A stretch of 63,715 nt of DNA, the filler included, from Octopus bimaculoides (lineage: Eukaryota): assembly GCF_001194135.2 (NCBI RefSeq). It is 6 parts of 6 records of this genome, joined end to end, with 100 filler letters (N's around TTAATTAATTAA, not from the genome) between each part and the next. Parts side by side here need not be neighbours in the genome. Positions count along the whole stretch, not along the records: positions 44,253 to 58,896 come from NC_068981.1; positions 58,997 to 61,330 come from NC_068988.1; positions 61,431 to 63,715 come from NW_026416895.1; 3 more parts are not named here. One strand, written 5' to 3'. Below, piece after piece: positions 52,333-63,715 of the stretch. The notes beneath the pieces were generated by a model that ran no database searches, was not told the DNA's origin, and was given only the letters and a program-made list of their open reading frames with translations. The translations under genes were made by a program, and so were the position numbers. Position 1 is the first letter of the stretch, and each line of letters opens with the position of its first letter.

Positions 52333-55300
52333 CAATAAGAGGTTAAATTAGCCTCAAAAAGGGATGGTATCATTCAATGAGTTACTGGTTCAATACATAA
52401 TATTTGTTGTGAATAATAATATTCATAAAACAATAGGTTTAAATATAAATCATAATTTATAATCATTCAAAAGAAAGTAAGAAAATGGGGATATAGCATT
52501 TAATAAAAATTTTATTATCTGCAAAAATCAAACATAGTTCCTTACAGCTGTTTCAATTAAACTTAAAAAGATTAAATAGCAATTATTAAAATCATTGTAT
52601 TAAACAAAATTTCTTCAAAAGTGGACAACTGCAATGAGAACAACTCCTGTTGGGATAGCCACAGCAATGGCAACTGTTGGATAACTACAACACATTATCA
52701 AACTAGGTGGGGAGGCAGCTACAATAACAAGAACAGCTTCTGTTGGGGTAGACAGATGAGATAAGAAACAATTGTTGGATACATACAGTAATGACATCAA
52801 CAACAAGTTGGCCACTGCAATAACTGCAACAAAGCACTTCTTTTGGAGTAGTTACAGCAATAACTTCTAATGAGAAGCCATACAACAACTCCTTTTGGGA
52901 CTATTCCAACTATAATAATGAAGATGACAATGATGATGATGGTGATGACAATGGGGAAGATAACAATTAGGATGACAACATCATTAACAATCAATAACAA
53001 CAACCATGATGACAACAGTGGTGGTGGTGGTGGTGGTGACAGTGGTGGTAGTAGTAATGACGGAGGTGGTTATGATGATAATGATGCTGATGTTGATGAC
53101 AATGATGCTGGTGGTGGTGGTGATGGTGATGATGATGCTATCGACAATGGTGATGTGGTGGTAGTGGTGGTGGTGGTGTTAGTGATGATCCTGTAGAGTC
53201 CAATGAATGGCTCTTATGTTTGATGCCTCTCTCCTCTCTCTCTCTTTCCCTCTTTCTCCTCCTCTAACTCAAAATAATTGTATACATTTTTCCAAAAGGA
53301 TATTAAGTAACATCTGTCTTATATAGTCATCAGACCATAAACATACATAACTGGGGCATGTAGGGTAGGGGGCAGAGGTGATAAGTGAGGGGGGAGTAGA
53401 GAGAGAGGGGTGGGAAAGGCAGGGTGAGTGGGGAGACAGGCGATGAATTTGAATGTAATGTAGGCAGGTGGGCGTTGGGGGTTGGACAAGGGAGGTGGGA
53501 AAAGGCTTAATCTGACAGGACAGGAAAATACAAAAAGAAAGGGCCAGTTATTCCATATTCCATTTCAAACTCACATATATATATATATATTGAGAGAGAG
53601 AGAGAGGGTGGGAAAGAGACAGACAGACAGACAGACAGAGGTAGCATATAGATGAGCCAAATATTTTTGTATATGTGCATATGAATATATGCATATGTGC
53701 ATGTATATGTATGTGTGTGTCTCTCCCAGTAGACTGTGTACATTACCCCTGTGTCATGCAAGACATGTGGGCTGGTATTGATCTCTTTCCACTGAACGTG
53801 AGGTCAATTTTTACATAAGGAAGAGTATTCCCCATTGGGTATTACAAGCCAATGATGCCCCAGGGAGATGAGTGGGGTTACCTTGTTGATTGATCTGATA
53901 CAAATAACAGTCAAGTCTCATTCAAATCACACCTTATTGTTTTAGAAAGCACACTCTCGAGCAGGGGTTCTCAACTACAGTCCCTATAACCCTTGGTGGA
54001 CTTCATACGGATAGATAATGTGATTCTAGATTACCAGCATATAGGAAAAAGAAAAGAGAACTATGGCTGGATTACCTTTGATCTTAGATCTACCTGCTCA
54101 GGCCTGGGCTGGAGACAAACAACAGCAACAACTAACCATCCAGAGAAGCTATACATGGTTGTTCAACCAGCATGAATTAGTAGCTGAATCTCCCTCATAT
54201 TTTAACCTCATTGTCATAGATAAGGATTAGACAAATTAGATAATGCAGTCCTATATATTCTTGAAAAGATGCGGGGATGGTCATGGCTGGAATGCTCTTC
54301 ACTCTGGGTCCGCTCATTCAGAGCTCACCTAGAGTCAAATAACGGCAACATCTAGTATCAGTGAGTGGCGCAGCTAGAGTGTATGCTACCTTGAGTATCT
54401 TGTGAATTTGATGCACTACTCACTCAGCGCTAGATATAATAGACTGAGCAGTGTCATGGGTGTGTTATACTTTTATACTTATAAGAAAATGGTTCTTTTA
54501 ATAATAGGCATAAAGCCTGAAATTCTGGGAGAAGTAGCTAGTTGATTACACCAACTGGTTGTTATATTATCAACATCTGAAAGATGAAAGGCAGTCAACC
54601 TCGGCGGAATTTTGAACTCAGAACATAAAGCTAGGAGAAATGCTGCTAAACGTTGTGTCCAGAATGGTAATGATTCTGTCACTTCACCACCTAATAAAAA
54701 GAAATAATGATTTCTAACCTTGACACTGGGTTGCACAAGTTTTAGAGTAAAGACATAATTGATATAATGAGTTGCAAGTTCTTAAATGGTGCTTTATGCT
54801 AATGATTCCAGAAGGATGAAAGGTTGGGGTCAATATTAACACAATCGAAGTTCAATACGTAGAAAGCAATTAATAAATACTGCAAGACATTTAACCTTAT
54901 ATTTTATGCTACCATTCCTGCCAAATGTTAGAGCAAAGCACAGAATGCCTTGCAGTTTTTTTTTTGGGGGGGGGTCCTGGCTTTCTGCGGTCTGAGTTCA
55001 AATTCTGCTGAGATCAACTTTTCCTTTCCTCGTTTAGGGATCAATAAAATAAAGTTCTAACCCAGTGTGGTGAACAAGAGAAATTTTTAGAGCTTTGCTG
55101 CATTTGTATTGGTTCTTTACATACTAAGTTCTTGGTTGGTAGAATTCCTTTGTCTCCTGGTTTAGCACCACAACCTGGCACTTGAGCGTCTTTGGTGGAG
55201 TTTAGTTTATTTTGTTGCAAGCATTCAGGTCATGTCTTGGGGTATGAGGATAATCACTTACTCTTTTCTTCCAGTCTGTTACTGATGCCTTCACAAATAA

Positions 55301-55829
55301 GAGACTTGTGTCTTACCCTTCCCTTCTTAAGTTCTCAAAAGGTAGAACAAAAAAGAAAAAAGGAAACTGCTTTAATGAGTTGCTGAAAAAACATCTTTAT
55401 AGTTGCCCAACCTGAAAGAAATAGCAGGTAAATCTGTACCACATCACATCCTACCATATGTAAAAGGAAGGACACCTTGGACAAAGTACTTAGCACTAGA
55501 TATACAAAACGATGGTATGGTCATAACTGGAATGCCTTTACTCATAGATCCACTCAATCAAGCTTACCCTGGAGATAAACAGCAATAACAAATACTCCCT
55601 TGACTTTCAACGAAATCGCATCATCATAAACACCTTCATCACCATCAGTTATCATCATTTTTAACATCGACTTTTCTGTTTGCGTAGGTCAGGTTGAGTT
55701 TATTGTGGAAGAATTTCTTAGGCTAGATGGCCTTCTTGTTAGCAATCTTCACTTAATCCAAAGCAAAGAAATATTTACCCATAGCTGGACATGTTTTCAT
55801 TGTATACTGCAAACGAATTACACTACTAA

Positions 55830-55999
55830 GGTGTTGGCATTGCTGTATGGCAAAAAGTTTGCTTACCAACCACATGGTTTGGGGTTCAGTTCCACTGCGT
55901 AGGGCCTTGGGCTTTTTTTTTTCAACTATAGCCCTAGACTGACCAGAGCCTTGTAAGTAGATTTGGTAGATAGAAAGTGAGAGAAGTCCATCATATTTA

Positions 56000-56010
<11 letters not shown>
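55830..56010 (+). mobile_element. SINE family B, 5' half
   Basis: ttgcttaccaaccacatggtttggggttcagttccactgcg..actatagccctagactgaccagagccttgtaagtagatttggtagat. Confidence 0.8.
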
Positions 56011-56032
<22 letters not shown>

Positions 56033-56194
56033 ACGTGTGTGTGTGTGCATGCATATGTGTGTGTGTGTGTATTTCATAGGTGCATGTGTGCATTTCTGTC
56101 CCCTTGTCTTGATATCATTTACACTCATTTACCATTATTTCAAGATGTCAAGATAAGGAAACACAAATACACACACACATACATACATATGCAT

Positions 56195-56227
<33 letters not shown>

Positions 56228-56229
56228 CA

Positions 56230-56400
56230 CACACACATAGGTCGGGCTTCTTTCCATTTCCATTGACCAAATCCACTGACAAGGCTTTGGTCGACCTGGG
56301 GCTATATTAAAGATACTTACCTAGCGCACCATGCAGTGGGACTGAACCTGAAACCATGTAATCGAGAAATTAACTTCTTGACCACACAACCACTCCTACA
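56230..56400 (-). mobile_element. SINE family B, 5' half, inverted relative to 55830-56010
   Basis: gggcttctttccatttccattgaccaaatccactgacaaggctttggtcgacc..gcagtgggactgaacctgaaaccatg..accacacaaccactcct. Confidence 0.8.
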
Positions 56401-57728
56401 CCTGCACCTCTTCCACACCTGCACCTCTGCCACACCTGTCCCCTTGGCAAAATTAGAATAAGCAAAAAAGTAAAGATGTAAATAAATAATACTAATTAGT
56501 GTTTGTGTTTAATTAACTGATCAAAGATTCTGAAACCGAACCAAAATCAAAAACTAGAGATTACACTTCAGTAGACATTAAAAAATGCCAACAGTTTATT
56601 CTTTTTATCATCAGCAAATTAAAAGAAATTTATTGTTGTTGCATCAAGCCAACCCTTTGCAAACAGAGCTATGATAAAAGACACTCCATTTATGACCACC
56701 ACTTCTTTTAATGAATATCTATAACTGCATTACAGCACAATATTTGGATAAGCACATAATTTCATGTGAACATTTCTTGCCAAATCTATATATGCAAAGA
56801 CATATCCATCAGACTAATACAGAAGTGTTCTCCATGTATAGAATATTTCACTACCAACTTTATTTTGAATAAATGCTAAAAGTGCTGCAGAACATAATCT
56901 TACTTCAAGCCATTTTAATAATCTTGCTTTGACTCTTAGTTCAAGCAATTTCAATTCACTTACATTACTGATGTCCCTGAAGAAAAGCAAGGATATCACA
57001 CCTGTCTTTCCATTTACTGAATAAATTCGAAGCCTTATGCCTGTGTATGAAATGTATGTTTATAGAACATCAGACTAAGCTTCCAGCTAGCCAAATATGT
57101 GCCTGACTTTTGATTCCAGGTTAAAACCATCTCACTTCACTTTTGCTACTAATGCCATTAAGAAAAACATTAGTGGCATAATTATTCCCAGTCCATTATT
57201 GAATAAGGCCATCTCGTGGATAGTATTAAGTGAACTGAGAGAGTGGCTGGATGATAATAATAAAGGCATCAGTCAAAATGTCGCTGGAGAAGTATCTGTA
57301 GTGATTATGGCTATGTGATGTGAATGGAGAATGGAGAATGAATGATTTCTGGGTGAAAAGTGTTGTGTGTTGTCAATGGAAGATATCTGTGAAAGAATAC
57401 TACTGGAGAAGACATAGGAAGAAGAAACAAGGTCAGATTTCAGGGCAGTGGGTCAGAGAGGCAAAAAAGAAAAGAAAATGACAAAAGATTAATACAATTA
57501 ACAATATGCTATACATCAGACAGCCAACCAATACCGGTAGAGAAAAAGGACAAGTTAAAATATTAATGTTGGAACATGAAATGTTCAAAGTTTCAGGCAG
57601 AATTTTAGAAATATAAAAATAAAATACAATAAAAAAATAAGAAACTGGACAAAAAAAGAAAACAAAAACTTGAGATTACATTTCAGTAGACACTAGAAAA
57701 TACTAACACTTTATTATCGTTTTTTATC

Positions 57729-58135
57729 TCATTTACTCTTTTAATCTTTTACTTGTTTCGGTCATCTGACTGTGGCCATGCTGGAGCACCGCCTTTAGTC
57801 GCACAAATCGACCCCAGGACTTATTCTTTGTAAGCCTAGTACTTATTCTGTCGGTCACTTTTGCCGAACCACTAAGTTACGGGGACGTAAACACACCAGC
57901 ATCGGTTGTCAAGCGATGTTGGAGGGACAAATACAGACACACGAACATATACACATGCATACATACATACAACGGGCTTCTTTCAGTTTCCATCTACCAA
58001 ATCCACTCACAAGGCTTTGGTCGGCCCGAGGCAATAGTAGAAGACACTTGCCGAAGGTGCCATGCAGTGGGACTGAATCCAGAACCATGTGGTTCGTAAG
58101 CAAGGTACTTACTTTACAGCCACCCCTACGCCTAT
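57729..58135 (-). mobile_element. Full-length, relatively young SINE family B
   Basis: Complete from tail (tttactcttt..ttgtttcggtcat.tgactgtggccatgctggagcaccgcc) to head (..cagccacccctacgcctat). A partial copy follows at 58570-58790. Confidence 0.9.
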
Positions 58136-58800
58136 ATCAGCAAATTATAAGAAATTTATTGTTGTTGTGTCGAGTTAACCCTTTGCAAACAAAGCTATGA
58201 TAAAAAAACACTCCAGTTATGACCACCACTTCTTTAAATGAATATCTATAACTACATTACATGATTTGTTCACTCATTCTTTTAAGATGTGATTTGATGT
58301 AAATTTGGCTGGCTCATGTGACCAACCACAAAGAAATTTCCTTATTTACTAGAGAATTTCATTGCATCATGAAGTTTATCCCAGTTCCAATAAAACAGAA
58401 AGGAAGTTAGTTCTGGGGAAGGGGTTCATTATATTTTTTGATGGGAAGATTTCAATTTAATGCTGAGTGCTCATAAAACCCTCGTCAGTTCTAAAACATT
58501 CACAGTTTTTCCTATCTTCTAATTCCTCTGCAGTACAACAGAGAATTTCTAGTAATGACCTCAACACTTTTACATGTTTCAGTCATTTGACTGTGGCCAT
58601 GCTGGAGCACTTCCTTAAACGGTCTTAGTCAAACAAATAAAACCTAGGACCTATTCTTTGTAAGCCTAGTACTTATTCTATCAGTGTCTTTTGCCAAACT
58701 GCTAAGTTACAGGGACATAAACACACCAACATCAGTTGTCAAGCGATGGTGGGGTGACAAACACAGAAACACACACACACACACACACATAAATAAATAA

Positions 58801-58854
<54 letters not shown>

Positions 58855-58861
58855 TTATCTA

Positions 58862-58896
<35 letters not shown>

Positions 58897-60300
58897 NNNN
58901 NNNNNNNNNNNNNNNNNNNNNNNNNNNNNNNNNNNNNNNNTTAATTAATTAANNNNNNNNNNNNNNNNNNNNNNNNNNNNNNNNNNNNNNNNNNNNGATT
59001 ATCCTTATTTTGAATCTGCTACTTATTCCATTTGCCTTTATTTAAATTTCCACCAAGGTATGGGGTAAATAAATGAACCACCGTTTATGAAGTGGGGAGA
59101 GATAAACCTAAACACACACACACACACACACACACACATGCACATACATACAGAGATTGAAGGGCTGCACGCAAGATCACTTATTATGGCGGGAAAGCAG
59201 TGCTCAATTGGAGGGAGGAATTCAAATAAAATCCTAACAATCGTGAGTAGTTGAGGAGAGTTGTTAGTAAGGGTCTTGATGTGAATTAGCCCAAGTATAT
59301 TGGCACACAGCCAAAATGAACATGTAACAAATGGGGGCATATCTTTCTAAGAAGACAAAACCCCTTCAACCAGACAGGAGAAACCTAATTCGAAGACTAC
59401 AGATCCAATCCATCACTGGACCTGTAAAAANNNNNNNNNNNNNNNNNNNNNNNNNNNNNNNNNNNNNNNNNNNNNNNNNNNNNNNNNNNNNNNNNNNNNN
59501 NNNNNNNNNNNNNNNNNNNNNNNNNNNNNNNNNNNNNNNNNNNNNNNNNNNNNNNNNNNNNNNNNNNNNNNNNNNNNNNNNNNNNNNNNNNNNNNNNNNN
59601 NNNNNNNNNNNNNNNNNNNNNNNNNNNNNNNNNNNNNNNNNNNNNNNNNNNNNNNNNNNNNNNNNNNNNNNNNNNNNNNNNNNNNNNNNNNNNNNNNNNN
59701 NNNNNNNNNNNNNNNNNNNNNNNNNNNNNNNNNNNNNNNNNNNNNNNNNNNNNNNNNNNNNNNNNNNNNNNNNNNNNNNNNNNNNNNNNNNNNNNNNNNN
59801 NNNNNNNNNNNNNNNNNNNNNNNNNNNNNNNNNNNNNNNNNNNNNNNNNNNNNNNNNNNNNNNNNNNNNNNNNNNNNNNNNNNNNNNNNNNNNNNNNNNN
59901 NNNNNNNNNNNNNNNNNNNNNNNNNNNNNNNNNNNNNNNNNNNNNNNNNNNNNNNNNNNNNNNNNNNNNNNNNNNNNNNNNNNNNNNNNNNNNNNNNNNN
60001 NNNNNNNNNNNNNNNNNNNNNNNNNNNNNNNNNNNNNNNNNNNNNNNNNNNNNNNNNNNNNNNNNNNNNNNNNNNNNNNNNNNNNNNNNNNNNNNNNNNN
60101 NNNNNNNNNNNNNNNNNNNNNNNNNNNNNNNNNNNNNNNNNNNNNNNNNNNNNNNNNNNNNNNNNNNNNNNNNNNNNNNNNNNNNNNNNNNNNNNNNNNN
60201 NNNNNNNNNNNNNNNNNNNNNNNNNNNGTGGGCAATAAAGAAATAAATATTTTGTATTTTAGAAATATAACCAATTTATTGTGCATAAACTTTAACAATA

Positions 60301-60490
60301 GACTCAAAGGAGTCACATGGACTCAAAAGGGTTACATGGAGCCAAAAGAATCACATGAACTCAAAAGTATCACATGGATTCAAAAGGGTTACATGGACTC
60401 AAAAGGATTACATGGACTCAAAAGAGTCACATAGACTCAAAAGGGTTACATGGACTCAGAAGTGTCACATGGACTCAAAAGAGTCACATG
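60301..60490. repeat. 19-bp minisatellite, 10 copies
   Basis: Consensus GACTCAAAAG(A/G)(G/A)T(C/T)ACATG, exactly 190 bp. Confidence 0.95.
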
Positions 60491-61458
60491 CACCCTAGCT
60501 GAGAACTACTGATTTCAGATTAAACAACAACAACAATGACTCCAAAACTATTCTAAGTTACAAGTTTATCCAAATTCTTTTGTTTAGTGGTTGCCTAATT
60601 TAGAATTAATATTTCCCTGATCTGTTTATGGCATTGTCTGAACTCAAGCTTCTTTCAATTCTATTTACTTTGTTCATGGATTTCTCTGAAGAAAGTTACA
60701 AGAACACTTTACTCTTTCTTTTATTAATTTCAGATTTTGGATTTAATATTGGAAATCATAAATCCATTGATTAATTCACCTGTATTTATTTCATTTTTAT
60801 TGCAGGCAATCTTTATTATGTTAATAGCATAGTGAGTGATACGTTTATAGAAGTGTGCCGCCTGAATGGCACATACCGAAAGGTGATTTTGGAAGATAGA
60901 TCTATTTACCTGCAAGGCTTAACTGTTAATCCAATCAAAAGGTAGAAGCAAACTTAATCTCCTTAATCTCCTTAATATCAACACACACTTTTAAAACTAG
61001 TTTTTCATTGTTACTTTTTGTTACACTAGCATAGGGACTTTATATCATCACCATGGCTTAATGTCCACTTTTCCATGCTTGTATGGGTCGGATAGAATTT
61101 GTTCAAGCAAAAGATGCCCTTCCTGTTGCCAACCCTCACCTGTTTTCAAGCAAAATGATATTCCCCCACAGCTAGACATACTTTTCATGGAATACTGGAA
61201 ACGAGCAATCTTGCTTGCATCCTTTACATCCATTACATGATGTCTTTTCAAGATTCCACTCAAGGGCTCAGCATTGCCTCCATCCTCTCTGCCCCATTTC
61301 ATCTTCTGACACCCATCACTTCTCTGTCATNNNNNNNNNNNNNNNNNNNNNNNNNNNNNNNNNNNNNNNNNNNNTTAATTAATTAANNNNNNNNNNNNNN
61401 NNNNNNNNNNNNNNNNNNNNNNNNNNNNNNATTTAGTATTTGCGTGTGTGTGTTTGTG

Positions 61459-61985
61459 TTATTCTGAGGCCGTGGAGGATATGTCGTTTGTTGTAGACGC
61501 GTTCAAGAGGGGTCTGTATTTTGTAATAAAGAGAGTCTCTTTATTAATTCGTTGGCTACAGGTTGTATCATCCCTGAATTGGTAGAGGGGAAAAATTCTG
61601 AAGCTTGGGTTTTTTGTTATTGGTGCAAAATGTCTGTGTGTTGGTTGAGTGCTATTTTTCTGTTTTGGGGAATTTTGATCAGGGATCTGTGCAAAGCCAT
61701 CCTTTGACATAGACTTTTTTGTTTGGCCTATGTACTGCTCTTGACATCCAGAGCAGGTTTGTGCGTATATCAGGTTCTCCGAAGCACATGTGAAGTTGCT
61801 TTTCACTCTGAAACGTTGTCCCTGTTTGAAGGAGAATCCTGATCCCTCAATTAAATTAACGCATATCCTACAGTTGGGTCTTCCGCATTTTTTTACTGAT
61901 GGTTTCTGTGTTGTTGTTGAGCATATTTGGGTTTGTGTTAGGAGACTTTTCTTAGATTTGAGTTGTCTCTTGCTTTTTATGATGG
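61459..61985 (-). mobile_element. Penelope-like element GIY-YIG endonuclease domain
   Basis: KKCGRPNCRIC..FTCASENLIYAQTCSGCQEQYIGQT..FRIFPLYQ..KETLFITKYRPLLN shows the Penelope zinc knuckle plus LIY..YIG. It has an internal frameshift/deletion and is cut by microsatellite and spacer. Confidence 0.9.
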
Positions 61986-62104
61986 TATATATATATATGT
62001 ATATATATATACACACATATGTATGTATATATCAATATATAGATACCTGTCTATATCTATGTGCTTTTTATGTATATATCTACATATATACATATGTGTG
62101 TGTA

Positions 62105-62285
62105 AGGTGAGCTGGCAACTGATTCGTTAGCGCACGAGGCAAAATGCTTGGTGCATTTCGTTCGACTTGATGTTCTGAGTTATAATTCCAGCAAGGTTGA
62201 CATTTAGTGTCGATGAACTCTGGGACTGATGTAATCAACTTAATCGCCTCCCCATTATTGCTGGCCTTGTGCCAAAATTTGAAAC
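62105..62285 (+). mobile_element. SINE family A
   Basis: aaggtgagctggcaactgattcgttagcgcacgaggcaaaatgcttgg..tctgagtttataattcc..gatgtaatcaactt..gctggccttgtgccaaaatttgaaacc. Confidence 0.75.
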
Positions 62286-62339
62286 CAGTAAATATATACA
62301 TGCATACAGGTAAGCCGTTTATGTTTATGCCTTGCCCCA

Positions 62340-62930
62340 GTACAATCTGTTCCCTCACCTTCCCCACCACAACACACTATTCCAACTCCTTCCTTTCTTC
62401 CATCCATGATCATCACCCTCTGCATGCTCCTCTCCCCCCATCACATACACTCACTTTCAATGCCCTCACAAACCTACCCTGGCCCCCTGAGCTGCCCCTA
62501 TATCCCTCACCGTCATCTGCTACATGCTCCACATCTCCATCCGTCTCCCTTCCCACTCTCATGAATCACCCCCACCCCTTGATCTCCTCTGTCCACTCAC
62601 CCTGTCCAATCCTTGGTATGGCCGTCATTTCATTTATATTCTCCCCCACTGTCCCTTAAGAATATGTCCCATTACACATCTCCCCTGCCATTTATTTCTC
62701 TCAATCTTTCAAACGGGGACAACCAAGTATCTCCTACAATAAGATCCCTATATCTACCCTGCTCCCTATTATACATTCACCTCTCAACTGGCACAAACCC
62801 ACCTCCCTCAGTGCTACCCCTTTCTTCCTCTTGAGACGTCTTCATCTTGCAAGTGACTCGGTGGAGCCATGTTAAAAGCACTCTGTGAAGTGGTTGGCAT
62901 CTGGAAGGGTATCCAGCCATAGAAACCAAT
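62340..62930 (+). mobile_element. C/T-rich segment running into a family C element, truncated at the zinc-finger junction
   Basis: Ends aaaagcactctgtgaagtggttggcatctggaagggtatccagccatagaaacc, matching 44253-44290. Confidence 0.55.
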
Positions 62931-62944
62931 GCAATGTGGCTATC

Positions 62945-63715
<771 letters not shown>

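Noticed and set aside
52870-53196. 108-aa ORF rich in N, D, G and V
   Set aside because: Translation of mixed (GAT)n/(GGT)n/(AAC)n trinucleotide repeats.
57097-57318. 73-aa plus-strand ORF with an upstream acceptor-like ttttgattccag
   Set aside because: No recognisable homology and only a weak donor; cannot be supported without RNA data.
40296-60490. CRISPR-like appearance of the 29-bp and 19-bp palindromic arrays
   Set aside because: Units are contiguous with no unique spacers, there are no cas genes, and the context is eukaryotic.

Overview
AT-rich, repeat-saturated eukaryotic DNA, most likely an octopus draft scaffold (inference from the CDICGKSFS-type C2H2 array, the SINE families and dense CA/TA/GATA microsatellites). 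It has many N gaps, and five artificial 44N-TTAATTAATTAA-44N spacers split it into six joined pieces. I can support no intact protein-coding gene, rRNA, tRNA or CRISPR array; almost all ORF-track entries are microsatellite, gap or repeat translations. The window holds decayed retroelements (RTE, Tx1-like, R4/Dong-like, Penelope), mariner and maT/Tc1 transposase relics, a MITE, many SINE copies, several minisatellites and a disabled C2H2 zinc-finger array at the right end. SINE and other family labels A-D are my own working labels. Best leads: (1) a SINE whose 3' tail matches a Tx1-like LINE, with the same SINE body also carrying a second tail type; (2) several retroelement families each tied to a different microsatellite; (3) a disabled zinc-finger array amplified as a 329-bp four-finger tandem unit; (4) a Penelope-type minimal hammerhead ribozyme relic; (5) a sharp switch from CpG-retaining to CpG-depleted DNA at about 44.2 kb. 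I did not find a clearly new biological system; these are leads needing genome-wide tests. TE coordinates are approximate (tens of bp) unless stated.
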